A DNA stretch of 64,000 bases. It comes from a virus. A program made the position numbers and the translations under genes. Positions 37,592 through 46,592 of the stretch are shown here, in pieces (positions within the stretch are counted from its first letter, which is position 1; every line of letters begins with the position of its first letter). The stretch is from the IMG/VR virus record IMGVR_UViG_3300014781_000001; one strand, given 5' to 3'. The notes beneath the pieces were generated by a model. It saw nothing but the letters and a program-made list of their open reading frames with translations. It searched no databases and was not told where the DNA came from.

Positions 37592-37850
37592 TATGGAAAA
37601 TTACAAAAACACTTTAAACGAGGTAGTGGTGATTGAATCGTCGCCAGAAACGTATTTTGTTTACGCTATTCGTAATGCTATTCGTATCTCTAAATGTGCG
37701 TATCCTACAGCCAAGAAAGTAATTTTCAAAAGAGAGGACGTAGAGGTGGAGATCTCGGAAATGGAAACTGAAAGCAGTTTGTATGAAAAGTTTAAAGAGA
37801 AACAAAAGAATAGGGTATGGAACTCAATGTGCGGCAACAACGGATTTTAA
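37575..37850 (+). CDS. hypothetical protein
   Basis: ORF track. Confidence 0.45.
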   Translation: MKQVDNMENYKNTLNEVVVIESSPETYFVYAIRNAIRISKCAYPTAKKVIFKREDVEVEISEMETESSLYEKFKEKQKNRVWNSMCGNNGF

Positions 37851-38383
37851 GAGGCGAAATTTGCCCTTATTGCGGAAGAGAAACCGAGTTGGTCAATGCC
37901 GATAAAATATATAGCAGAAAAGGCTTAGGGATGGTTATGATGTGTAAACCATGCAATGCTTATGTCGGTGTTCATGAATCAGGGCCGAATAAGGGAAAAG
38001 CTAAAGGCCGGCTTGCGGGCCCATCACTAAGGTCTCTTAAAATAAGAGTCCATGCCGAACTTGATAGACTATGGTCTACGCCAGAGGAACGGGAAAGGAT
38101 GTATAAAGATTTATCTGAATTTCTATCTATACCGGAAGAGTACACACATATAGGTATGTTTGGCGAGAAGACGATGGGAAAAATCTTTCAGTTCTGTCAT
38201 GTAAACAAAGAGCGATCAGGTTCGAGAATAGAATGGCATAAACCTGGAGATAAGTGCCCTAATAAGAACAATCAAATAGTGTCAGGAAGTAGCGCATGTA
38301 GAGGATGTCCTGAGTATCTTCATGATGAGAAAGACGGGTATGTCTGGTGTGATCCTGATATGAGTTACGGCAGGTTGAAATAG
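37817..38383 (+). CDS. zinc-ribbon protein
   Basis: CPYCGRE...CKPCNAY and CRGCPEY. Confidence 0.5.
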   Translation: MELNVRQQRILRGEICPYCGRETELVNADKIYSRKGLGMVMMCKPCNAYVGVHESGPNKGKAKGRLAGPSLRSLKIRVHAELDRLWSTPEERERMYKDLSEFLSIPEEYTHIGMFGEKTMGKIFQFCHVNKERSGSRIEWHKPGDKCPNKNNQIVSGSSACRGCPEYLHDEKDGYVWCDPDMSYGRLK

Positions 38384-38434
38384 GGCGAGAATTGCCTATC
38401 TTTGTGCTATTATTAATCAAAAAAATATAAGCAC

Positions 38435-38713
38435 ATGGGCAGATCAACAGAGTACTACAGGACTCATCCCGAAGCCAGGAAGAAAAAGGCTAAAAAAGAC
38501 AAGGAGATAAATGCCAGACCGGAACAGAAAGCCAAACGTCGGGAGCTTGGTCGTAAAAACTACGAAACGGACAAGAAGAAGGGTAAGGGCTGGAGAAAAG
38601 GCAAGGATTGTTCTCATACCAAGAACGGTCTTAGGTATAAATCAGTAAAAGCTAATAGGGGATCCAAATCGGATACAAAAGGTGACAAAAATGCACGAGG
38701 AGATAGCAAATAG
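38435..38713 (+). CDS. small K/R-rich basic protein
   Basis: ORF track. Very basic composition. Confidence 0.4.
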   Translation: MGRSTEYYRTHPEARKKKAKKDKEINARPEQKAKRRELGRKNYETDKKKGKGWRKGKDCSHTKNGLRYKSVKANRGSKSDTKGDKNARGDSK

Positions 38714-39815
38714 GATAGATATAAGAAGGATATTCAAGACCTCTAAACAGGTTATGGAAGAGGCGTATGAGAATATCTTGAAATACAGGCGGGGAGAGCT
38801 TATCCCCGCTAAAACCGGATACGATTATATTGATGAGGCTTTGCTTGGAGGTATTTTTCCTCAGCACGCTATTGCCATAGGAGCCCGGCCTTCTGTAGGT
38901 AAATCGTATGTGGCCCAAAAGATATTGGAAAATGTGATGAATCCGATGATCAACCCGCAAGCAGAAGATTATTTTCTTGTTAATTGCGAGTTCGAAATGA
39001 ATCCTCAAGATCTTCTTCTTCGCAGAATGAGCCAGGATATGAAAAAGCGAGCTCCTGAAATATTAAGAAGGCAAGATTCTAATACAGTAGAAGAGATGAG
39101 GATGTTTGAAATCCTTCAAGGTGAAATCAGGAATAATATAATATACATCGATGCTCCGTGTACGGTAAAAGAGTTTGAGGCGGCTGTGTATCATATAGCT
39201 ACCAAACATAAAGACAAACGTCTTATAATATTTAAAGTCGATCATATTGCTTTGATAAAAAGAATGGGGTTAGATCCTAAGTCGGCTATAGATGATTTGG
39301 TGGCGGTTATGAACGAAGCTAAATTAGTATATAAAAACATATTTTTCCTCATCATATCCCAATTCAACAGAGAGATAGAAGGAAGGATAAAAAGCCCACA
39401 AGAGCAGCCTCCGCGTCTTTCTGATTTTTACCAGTCTGATACGCTGGGTCAGTTATGTACGTTAATGATAGGTTTGCACAATCCTCGTAGGTACGGGCTG
39501 GATAAGTATATGATATTTGGGAAAGATTGGTATCAGACTCTTGATAGGTTTAAAACTGAAAACAAAACATCATTCAGGACAGCCGGACTGGTGTTTCATC
39601 ATATACTGAAGGTAAGGCAAGTTAGTATGGAAGAGCTTACTAATACAATCCACCCAGAGATCTTGCCGGGGCATGGATGGATGTACGGGGAGGGAGGGAC
39701 GAAGTTCGTGAACCCCAACCAGCCGCCGACGCCGCCCAAGCTCTATACTGTGGAAGACGTTACGGACAATCAGGAACAAGAACAAGAGACAAAAGAAGAA
39801 CAGTCATTGTATTAA
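38682..39815 (+). CDS. DnaB-family replicative helicase (RecA-like C-terminal domain)
   Basis: Walker A GARPSVGKS. Walker B IIFKVDHIALI. ISQFNREIE matches the DnaB SQLNR motif. Confidence 0.65.
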   Translation: MTKMHEEIANRIDIRRIFKTSKQVMEEAYENILKYRRGELIPAKTGYDYIDEALLGGIFPQHAIAIGARPSVGKSYVAQKILENVMNPMINPQAEDYFLVNCEFEMNPQDLLLRRMSQDMKKRAPEILRRQDSNTVEEMRMFEILQGEIRNNIIYIDAPCTVKEFEAAVYHIATKHKDKRLIIFKVDHIALIKRMGLDPKSAIDDLVAVMNEAKLVYKNIFFLIISQFNREIEGRIKSPQEQPPRLSDFYQSDTLGQLCTLMIGLHNPRRYGLDKYMIFGKDWYQTLDRFKTENKTSFRTAGLVFHHILKVRQVSMEELTNTIHPEILPGHGWMYGEGGTKFVNPNQPPTPPKLYTVEDVTDNQEQEQETKEEQSLY

Positions 39816-39830
39816 AAAAAAATAAGAACC

Positions 39831-40433
39831 ATGAGACTAACAGTAGAAGAAAACGAATACCTGATAAGTAAGTTCCTTTTGGTTCTTACTGAGTTTGCAG
39901 GGGATGAAAGAGAGATGTTTTTAATCAACTCCATACATGATAAGGCGGTGGCGGATATGAATTATCGTCTTCCGTCTTTAATAAGCAGAGAACGTAAAAG
40001 ACGAGTTATTGAGCTCCTTAAAGAAGGAACCAGAATAATCAAGGACTTTTCTGGTTATGCAGGTGATATGGGTATGATTAACGAATACGATCGTCTAAAG
40101 AAAGAAATAGGAACCGTCCAAGACCAGCTTGGTGACGTAGAAGGTCAACTTCGGGCAGCAGGAGAAGTTATTAAAAAAGAACTTGATATGATTGCTGACC
40201 GAATCAAAGAAGACCTCCTCGACCGAGAACTGGCTAAAAGTAATGCCGAGGCCGAAAGAAAAGCCAAAGTAGATCCGAGATACGAAGTAGCTTTAGGTGA
40301 TTACAAGGAGATGCTGGAAGTGATTTTTACAACCAGAAACAAGTATTCTACGGTAGATTCTGTACATGACGATCTTCGACAGTCGGTATCTACCGGTAGA
40401 AATTCGATTATTAAAGAAGGGTACAACAGTTAA
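39831..40433 (+). CDS. hypothetical coiled-coil protein
   Basis: ORF track. Confidence 0.5.
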   Translation: MRLTVEENEYLISKFLLVLTEFAGDEREMFLINSIHDKAVADMNYRLPSLISRERKRRVIELLKEGTRIIKDFSGYAGDMGMINEYDRLKKEIGTVQDQLGDVEGQLRAAGEVIKKELDMIADRIKEDLLDRELAKSNAEAERKAKVDPRYEVALGDYKEMLEVIFTTRNKYSTVDSVHDDLRQSVSTGRNSIIKEGYNS

Positions 40434-40448
40434 AAACAAGGAGGGAAT

Positions 40449-40646
40449 ATGGAAAAGAAGGAATTTAAAGTAGAAGAAGTATTTACTGCCGGACTTGTAA
40501 AATTGAAATGTGTGGAAGGTGATACATGCGATGGATGTATATTCGAAGATTACGATTCTTGTTCATGTACAGACATAATTATTGGTCCATGTGGACATGT
40601 TGATAGACAAGATAACAAGAATGTTATTTTTATTAAAGCTGATTAA
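40449..40646 (+). CDS. small Cys-rich protein
   Basis: CVEGDTCDGC..CSC..CGH. Confidence 0.45.
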   Translation: MEKKEFKVEEVFTAGLVKLKCVEGDTCDGCIFEDYDSCSCTDIIIGPCGHVDRQDNKNVIFIKAD

Positions 40647-40648
40647 GA

Positions 40649-41362
40649 ATGTACATCAATTTCAGACAACTTGCAGCATCAGACATGACTCCTAATGATC
40701 TTGCCAATCTTCTTGCCATAAGACAGAAGGATACGGTTATGATCGAAGCCATGCCGGAAGAAGATGCTGGGAGGTATATAGAGCTTGGCCTGGTTGAGAA
40801 ATTAAAATCAGGCGTGATGAGATTGACCAACAAAGGAACGTCTTTTGTGAATTATATAGAGACACCGGAAATGACAGACGAGGTTCTGGAAACGTTGAAG
40901 ATTATGATAGGAATGTACGAATCGTATTCGAAAGACATAGGTGTCAGCAGAAAAGAAGCAGAATCCAGATTGTGTTGGTTTATGGGTAATACTTCATTTA
41001 AAAAAGAGGTCATACTTCAGGTAACGGAATCTTATATAGCAGAGTCAGGAGATTATACAATGAGCTTATGTAACTTCATATGGAAACCGCCTTCTCAGGC
41101 TTTTTCAGTCCATATGAACCTTAAAAATTCAAAGCTCTTTGATTTAATAGCTGAAAAATTTAAGATCGCTACCGAGCCTTATTTGGAGTCTAAGAAGAAT
41201 AAGGAAATGGATTGGTTGTTTGCCGTATCTAAATTGCCTACGCCGCCGGCTAAAGGCAATCCGGATTATTTATTTACCGGAAGTTCTGAAACAGACAAAG
41301 AGAGATTGAAAAACATAAAAACATACTTATTTAACAAAATTAGAAAGCAATGGAAAAAGTAA
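40649..41362 (+). CDS. hypothetical protein
   Basis: ORF track. Confidence 0.5.
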   Translation: MYINFRQLAASDMTPNDLANLLAIRQKDTVMIEAMPEEDAGRYIELGLVEKLKSGVMRLTNKGTSFVNYIETPEMTDEVLETLKIMIGMYESYSKDIGVSRKEAESRLCWFMGNTSFKKEVILQVTESYIAESGDYTMSLCNFIWKPPSQAFSVHMNLKNSKLFDLIAEKFKIATEPYLESKKNKEMDWLFAVSKLPTPPAKGNPDYLFTGSSETDKERLKNIKTYLFNKIRKQWKK

Positions 41363-41601
41363 GAATCAGAAAGATAATAGAGGATATAATTATTACTCAG
41401 TTTCTTAATTCGGAAATAGATATAGTTCATGAAGAAGATGTGTCGTTTAAAGAACTTGGATTAGATTCTGTTGATCGGATTGAGCTTGATGTGATGGTGG
41501 AACAAAAATTCAATATTGTTATTATTGATTATGATATGGAGACCATCAAAGATATGACTGATCTTGTTTACAAAATAATAACAGAAGGATATGGGAAGTG
41601 A
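41350..41601 (+). CDS. acyl-carrier-protein-like protein
   Basis: FKELGLDSVDRIELDVMVEQKF matches the ACP phosphopantetheine-site motif (DSL/DSV). Confidence 0.5.
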   Translation: MEKVRIRKIIEDIIITQFLNSEIDIVHEEDVSFKELGLDSVDRIELDVMVEQKFNIVIIDYDMETIKDMTDLVYKIITEGYGK

Positions 41602-42085
41602 CATAATTTTATGCATGGCTTTAATAGCGTCATTTGCTTTTGTTATACAGTTTTTGTTGTCGATATTAGGATCTGATCTGGATACGGATATTGACATTGA
41701 CAGTGCTTCTGATTTAAGCATGTCTTTGTCGGACATCATATCATTCAAGGGCATAACACATTTTATTCTTGGATATAGCTGGACTACCTACTTTTCGGGT
41801 TCCCATTTAGTAGGGGTTGTGATAGGGTCGCTTTTCTTTATCGTTTTGTTTTACGTATATAAGTTACTTCTTAAGTTAAAGCAAGAAATGGTGTACGAAT
41901 GTCCGGAAGATTTAAACGGAAGAGAAGTGGAGATAGTGTTTAGATCAGGGAAGAATCATTATATGGTAAATATTTCGAAAAATGGAAGACAGGAGCAAAT
42001 GAGAGTAAGATGCTTGTCTGGAAAAACCTACAAAAACGGTGACAAGGTGAATATAAAATATGAAGAAGGAGAATTAAGTATCTAA
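41591..42085 (+). CDS. NfeD-like membrane protein (partner of SPFH proteins)
   Basis: N-terminal TM helices and a C-terminal short beta-rich (OB-like) domain. Sits immediately upstream of the SPFH gene, as in canonical nfeD-SPFH operons. Confidence 0.55.
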   Translation: MGSDIILCMALIASFAFVIQFLLSILGSDLDTDIDIDSASDLSMSLSDIISFKGITHFILGYSWTTYFSGSHLVGVVIGSLFFIVLFYVYKLLLKLKQEMVYECPEDLNGREVEIVFRSGKNHYMVNISKNGRQEQMRVRCLSGKTYKNGDKVNIKYEEGELSI

Positions 42086-42117
42086 TTTTTTTTATCAACA
42101 ATTAAATTTTAAAAGTT

Positions 42118-43818
42118 ATGACAACAATCATGTACGTGTCAGCTATCTTAGCTGTAGTGATTATTTTGACAATCATCGGAGTCTTATCAAGGTATCGTAG
42201 ATGTAAGCCTAATCAGGTCTTGGTCGTTTATGGTAAGACAGGTGGGGAAAAGAAGTCGGCGAAATTATATCATGGTGGAGCGGCATTTGTCTTACCTATT
42301 ATTCAAAGCTATGATGTTTTGTCAATGGAGCCTATGCAAATAGATTGCAAGCTTACCGGTGCTTTATCATCTCAGAATATTAGAGTAGATGTACCTACGA
42401 CTATTACAGTAGCTATCAGTACAAATCCAGAAATCATGCAAAATGCGGCAGAAAGACTTTTGGGGATGAATACCGAATCTACTGAAAATCTTATTACGGA
42501 CATCGTTTACGGTCAGATGCGTTTGATTATTGCTGAAATGACAATCGAAAAACTTAATTCTGACAGGGATGAGTTTTTGGATAAGGCGAGAAAGAACATT
42601 GATAACGAGCTTAACAAGTTAGGTCTTTACCTCCTGAACATCAACATCAGTGACATCAGAGACGAAGCCGGTTATATTATGAACCTTGGTAAGGAGGCTG
42701 AAAGTAGGGCTCTGAACGAAGCACAGGCTAATATCGAAGAACAGGAGAAGCTGGGGGCTATTAAGATTGCTGTACAGCAGAAGGAGAAAGAAACGGCTGT
42801 GGCTAATACCAAAAAAGAACAAGAGATTCAAATTGCTTGTACTGAAAAAGAAAAGGAAACAATAGTAGCTGAAACGAAGAAAGAAAAAGAAATAGCCTTG
42901 GCTTTAACCGATAAAGAGAAACAGATCGGCGTAGCTCAAGCAGATAGAGACAGGGCTGCGGTTATCGCAAAAACTTTAACCGACAAGGAATTGGCGATCG
43001 TAAGATCTAAGGCAGAACTTGAAGTAAATAAAGCCGAGGCTGAAAGGATGGAAGAAGTCGGAAAGAATAAGGCTGAAGCTGACAAGGAAGCAGCTATAGC
43101 AATACAAGACTCTGAAGCTCAGATTAAGAAGGCTGAGGCTGAGAAAAATGCGTCTATAGGATACAACAATGCACAGAAGGAGGTTGCTGTGTCAGTATCA
43201 GAACTACAGATCATCAAAGCTCAATCAGAGAAGAAGGCCGGAGAAGAAAAAGTTAAATCGGAAGCGGCTGTAAAAACAGCAAAAGAGCTTGCCGACAAAG
43301 AAGTGGAAGAAGCTAAGGCTAAGAAAGTTCAGGCTGCGCTTAAGGCTGAAAAGATTGTGCCGGCTGAAACCCAGAAGGAAGAGGCTATCTTGCAAGCTGA
43401 TGCCGAGGCCGAGAAGATCAAACGCCGGGCTGAGGCTGAGGCAGCAGCACATTTGGCAAAAGCTGAGGCAGAGGCAAAAGCTATTCAGATGAAGCTGGAG
43501 GCAGAAGCCGAAGGTAAGAAAAAGTCGTTAATGGCAGAAGCCGACGGATTTAAGGCTATGGTGGAAGCAGCAGAATCCAATCCTCAGATCGCCATCCAGT
43601 ACAAGATGGTTAATCAGTGGAAAGAAATTGCCGGAGAACAGGTTAAGGCATTTGAGCACATTAACCTCGGAAATATCACGGTATTTGACGGCGGTCAGAA
43701 CAGTACCGGTAATTTCCTTAACAATGTTGTCAAGACCGTCGCTCCGGCATTGGGAGTCATTGATCAGCTTCCGATTGCAGATACTTTAAAGAAGTTAAAG
43801 GGAGATGACAAAAAATAA
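42118..43818 (+). CDS. SPFH/band-7 protein, flotillin (YqiK)-like, with a long EA-repeat coiled coil
   Basis: N-terminal TM, then RYRRCKPNQVLVVYGK...AFVLPIIQSYDVLSMEPMQID, then many (K)AEAE repeats. Confidence 0.85.
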   Translation: MTTIMYVSAILAVVIILTIIGVLSRYRRCKPNQVLVVYGKTGGEKKSAKLYHGGAAFVLPIIQSYDVLSMEPMQIDCKLTGALSSQNIRVDVPTTITVAISTNPEIMQNAAERLLGMNTESTENLITDIVYGQMRLIIAEMTIEKLNSDRDEFLDKARKNIDNELNKLGLYLLNINISDIRDEAGYIMNLGKEAESRALNEAQANIEEQEKLGAIKIAVQQKEKETAVANTKKEQEIQIACTEKEKETIVAETKKEKEIALALTDKEKQIGVAQADRDRAAVIAKTLTDKELAIVRSKAELEVNKAEAERMEEVGKNKAEADKEAAIAIQDSEAQIKKAEAEKNASIGYNNAQKEVAVSVSELQIIKAQSEKKAGEEKVKSEAAVKTAKELADKEVEEAKAKKVQAALKAEKIVPAETQKEEAILQADAEAEKIKRRAEAEAAAHLAKAEAEAKAIQMKLEAEAEGKKKSLMAEADGFKAMVEAAESNPQIAIQYKMVNQWKEIAGEQVKAFEHINLGNITVFDGGQNSTGNFLNNVVKTVAPALGVIDQLPIADTLKKLKGDDKK

Positions 43819-43999
43819 ATACAATGGCCCAAGGTTACACTTGGGCCTAATTGAAGAAATAAAAGCAGCATTCATAGATTTCCTGCCGGCGGAAACAGTG
43901 CTTTTAAGTGCTTTACTAATTACGATATTTTTAACATGGATTTTGGACAAGATTTAGAACCAGAAGAACTGACCAATCATTATGATCAGTGTTATAACC

Positions 44000-44345
44000 C
44001 CAAATAGTATTAAACCAATATAATTCTATTATAAAAGTTTAATACATCTCTTTAAGAGATCGGGTTATTAGCCTAAGCCTTGAAACAAAGGCTACGTTAT
44101 TTAAGAATAGATAGTTACCTACGGATGTTTGCCCAAGTCTGTAGCTCTAAGGTAAGTGATTAAACAGTTCTGGTATTCAGGAACAGTGTTGCTTATTCAA
44201 AACCTTAAATAACATTGGCGATGGGTACTTACAGGAGAAATCCTGACTTATCCCTAACGGGATTTACATCTACCAAGGAGACCGAAAGGTCTCCGAGGGG
44301 ATGTATTAAAACATACGAATAGCTTTAAATATATTTAATAGAATA
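44000..44345 (+). ncRNA. candidate structured non-coding RNA related to the iscB upstream (omega-RNA) region
   Basis: 530-bp gap with no ORF. Positions 44199-44234 are 35/36 identical to the sequence 48 nt upstream of the iscB start (reverse complement of 63961-63996). Hairpins present: ccc-taac-ggg and ggagacc-GAAA-ggtctcc. Confidence 0.35.
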
Positions 44346-44351
44346 TGGGAT

Positions 44352-44699
44352 ATGGAATTGATTTTGAAACAGAAGAAGAGGAGGATGAAGAGTATGACTG
44401 ATGGGGAATTTGTATTGGATAATAAGAAAAAGGTTGTTGTAAGAAAAAGAATATCTTATTTAAACAAAGGTGATAAAGTATGGATCGTGTCTTCCGACGG
44501 GTATCTGCTACACACGGACGTAGTTAGAGCCGAACGCGGACGGTCTTATGTGGATATAGATGGTATCCTGTATTGGAAACGAGGATTAGATGGCAAGCAT
44601 CGTAATCGTAATAACTACATGCAGTTCGCCATGACGCCGGAGGACGGTAAGAAGTATGTCGTATATTACCTAGAAGGATTTAAAGACAATGACTTATGA
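44352..44699 (+). CDS. hypothetical basic protein
   Basis: ORF track. Confidence 0.5.
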   Translation: MELILKQKKRRMKSMTDGEFVLDNKKKVVVRKRISYLNKGDKVWIVSSDGYLLHTDVVRAERGRSYVDIDGILYWKRGLDGKHRNRNNYMQFAMTPEDGKKYVVYYLEGFKDNDL

Positions 44700-45715
44700 T
44701 GGTCCCGGAAACGCATTTGCTATATAAGGAGTTTAATGGTGTGAAACGTCTTGCCATATCTTATTCCCAGATAGATACGTTTCTTACCTGTCCAATGAAA
44801 TGGTATAAAACTTACGTAGAGGGCAAAAGGTCTACAGAAAAACAAGAAGCTACGTCTTATGGTACGGTTATCCATAAGACACTGGAATACTTCTTTAAGA
44901 ACGGAAGACAGCCTTCTGGTAAAGACCTTGGAGAAGCAATAAGTTACTATTCCTATCAAGAAGACATACCTTGGCAATCACCGGAAAATATGATGATAGC
45001 CATGAAACAATCTGGGGAGCTTCTTGCTTGGATTGTGGATCTGTTCAAAAAAGACGGCAATAGGTTTATGATAGCTGATAGTGATCTTAATCCCTGTGAG
45101 AAACTTATCAGACACGGCGCTATAATTGGAGTCGAAGAAGATTTTGTGCTGCCGTATCGTCTTCCTAAGCCTGTTGATATAAATGGTGACGTTCATACAC
45201 ATGTGTACATAGTAGGATCGGTAGATCTTCATCTGGCTATAAAGAGCAAGAACGTAGTTCACCATTATGTCATAGATTGGAAATCAGGTAATAAGGTTTT
45301 TGATTCTAAGAAGTTGGAAACAAATTTACAGCATCCTATATATTCATTTTACATCTATAGAAGATATGGTGGGGTTCTACCAGATATGAACATCTATTTC
45401 TTTACCAGGACCAGGCAGTACCAAAAGGTTAAGGTAGATGAGGAACGTAAAACAAAATCTATAGAGATGCTAAATGACACTTTGTCTAAAATGTATGATT
45501 TTGAAGATAATAGTGTAAAATCATTTCAAGCGTACATCCAGGGAGCAGAAGGAGCCAGGTATAGCAAGCGGCGTGCCACCCTAAGCCAGCCTGTTTCGCA
45601 AAACAAGCTACCCTGCCCGTCAGCACTGTGTTATTATTGTGACTTTGGATTACATAACAAAAACGAATGCCCTTTCTCTTCGGATTGGGATCCGTCTAAA
45701 AAGATAAAACGATGA
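44696..45715 (+). CDS. Cas4-like PD-(D/E)xK nuclease with a four-cysteine cluster
   Basis: HHYVIDWKSGN is the (I/V)D(W/Y)K(S/T)G motif. One N-terminal Cys (FLTCPMKWY) and three C-terminal Cys (CPSALCYYC) are arranged as in Cas4/AddB Fe-S nucleases. Confidence 0.5.
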   Translation: MMVPETHLLYKEFNGVKRLAISYSQIDTFLTCPMKWYKTYVEGKRSTEKQEATSYGTVIHKTLEYFFKNGRQPSGKDLGEAISYYSYQEDIPWQSPENMMIAMKQSGELLAWIVDLFKKDGNRFMIADSDLNPCEKLIRHGAIIGVEEDFVLPYRLPKPVDINGDVHTHVYIVGSVDLHLAIKSKNVVHHYVIDWKSGNKVFDSKKLETNLQHPIYSFYIYRRYGGVLPDMNIYFFTRTRQYQKVKVDEERKTKSIEMLNDTLSKMYDFEDNSVKSFQAYIQGAEGARYSKRRATLSQPVSQNKLPCPSALCYYCDFGLHNKNECPFSSDWDPSKKIKR

Positions 45716-45881
45716 AATACGAGGACGTTCAAAAGTTAAGAACAAAATACCGGCAAGATCCGGAAGTTATAAACGTAGAATACATGAGAGACGTTGCTGT
45801 AAGATGTGGGAATTTCAAGAAAGCATTTGAACTTCAGGAGAAGCTGGAGGATATATGGTTTAACTACTTAAAGGGAGTCCA

Positions 45882-46211
45882 ATGAAAGAAGATCTAATAT
45901 GTGGAGTAGCGATCCTTTTGTATTTAGTTTTATTATACTTGCTCACGACAGCTTTCATAAAAACAGGTAGAGCAGTAGATCGTTATAAGATGAAGAAGAA
46001 AACTGACAAAATCAAAGTAGGTCAAAGATACGAACATAAGAACTACTTTGAGGATCCATTTGAAAGAGGCAAGCATGTGATTAAGATATTAGACATAAAA
46101 GAAGGGTACGTTCTATATGAGTACGAAGAAAAACCATATATACGTTCTTCTGTGAGTCTTGAAGATATTGTTAAAAAATACATTTTAATTACTGATGTTA
46201 AACACAAGTAA
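45882..46211 (+). CDS. hypothetical protein with an N-terminal TM helix
   Basis: ORF track. Confidence 0.45.
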   Translation: MKEDLICGVAILLYLVLLYLLTTAFIKTGRAVDRYKMKKKTDKIKVGQRYEHKNYFEDPFERGKHVIKILDIKEGYVLYEYEEKPYIRSSVSLEDIVKKYILITDVKHK

Positions 46212-46214
46212 GTC

Positions 46215-46592
46215 ATGAAAAAAGAAGTCACAATCAAGGAAGATATGGCTGTGTTTTATAAAAATACAGGAAAAGAACTATGGATTTATAACGGACTTTT
46301 CAGAAACAAGGTGTTGTCTATAAAAAAAGATAAAGCCATTATCATGTGTGAAACTGATGCTGAATATGCTGTACTGATAGAAGATAATCAGTTTATTGCC
46401 GTAGCAAAAAACATGGATTATGATTACTGCTGCGCATTCACATTAGGTAATGCCGAGGCTTATGGGGATCGTATGGGCATATCGTGCAGTGTATGCTTGC
46501 TTGAAGATAATGAGAATAAGGCAAGGGAGATGTTGAAAGAGGCGATAATAGAACTTTCAAAAAATAATATAATAGATTGTGATGGGCTTTGA
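46215..46592 (+). CDS. hypothetical protein
   Basis: ORF track. Confidence 0.45.
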   Translation: MKKEVTIKEDMAVFYKNTGKELWIYNGLFRNKVLSIKKDKAIIMCETDAEYAVLIEDNQFIAVAKNMDYDYCCAFTLGNAEAYGDRMGISCSVCLLEDNENKAREMLKEAIIELSKNNIIDCDGL

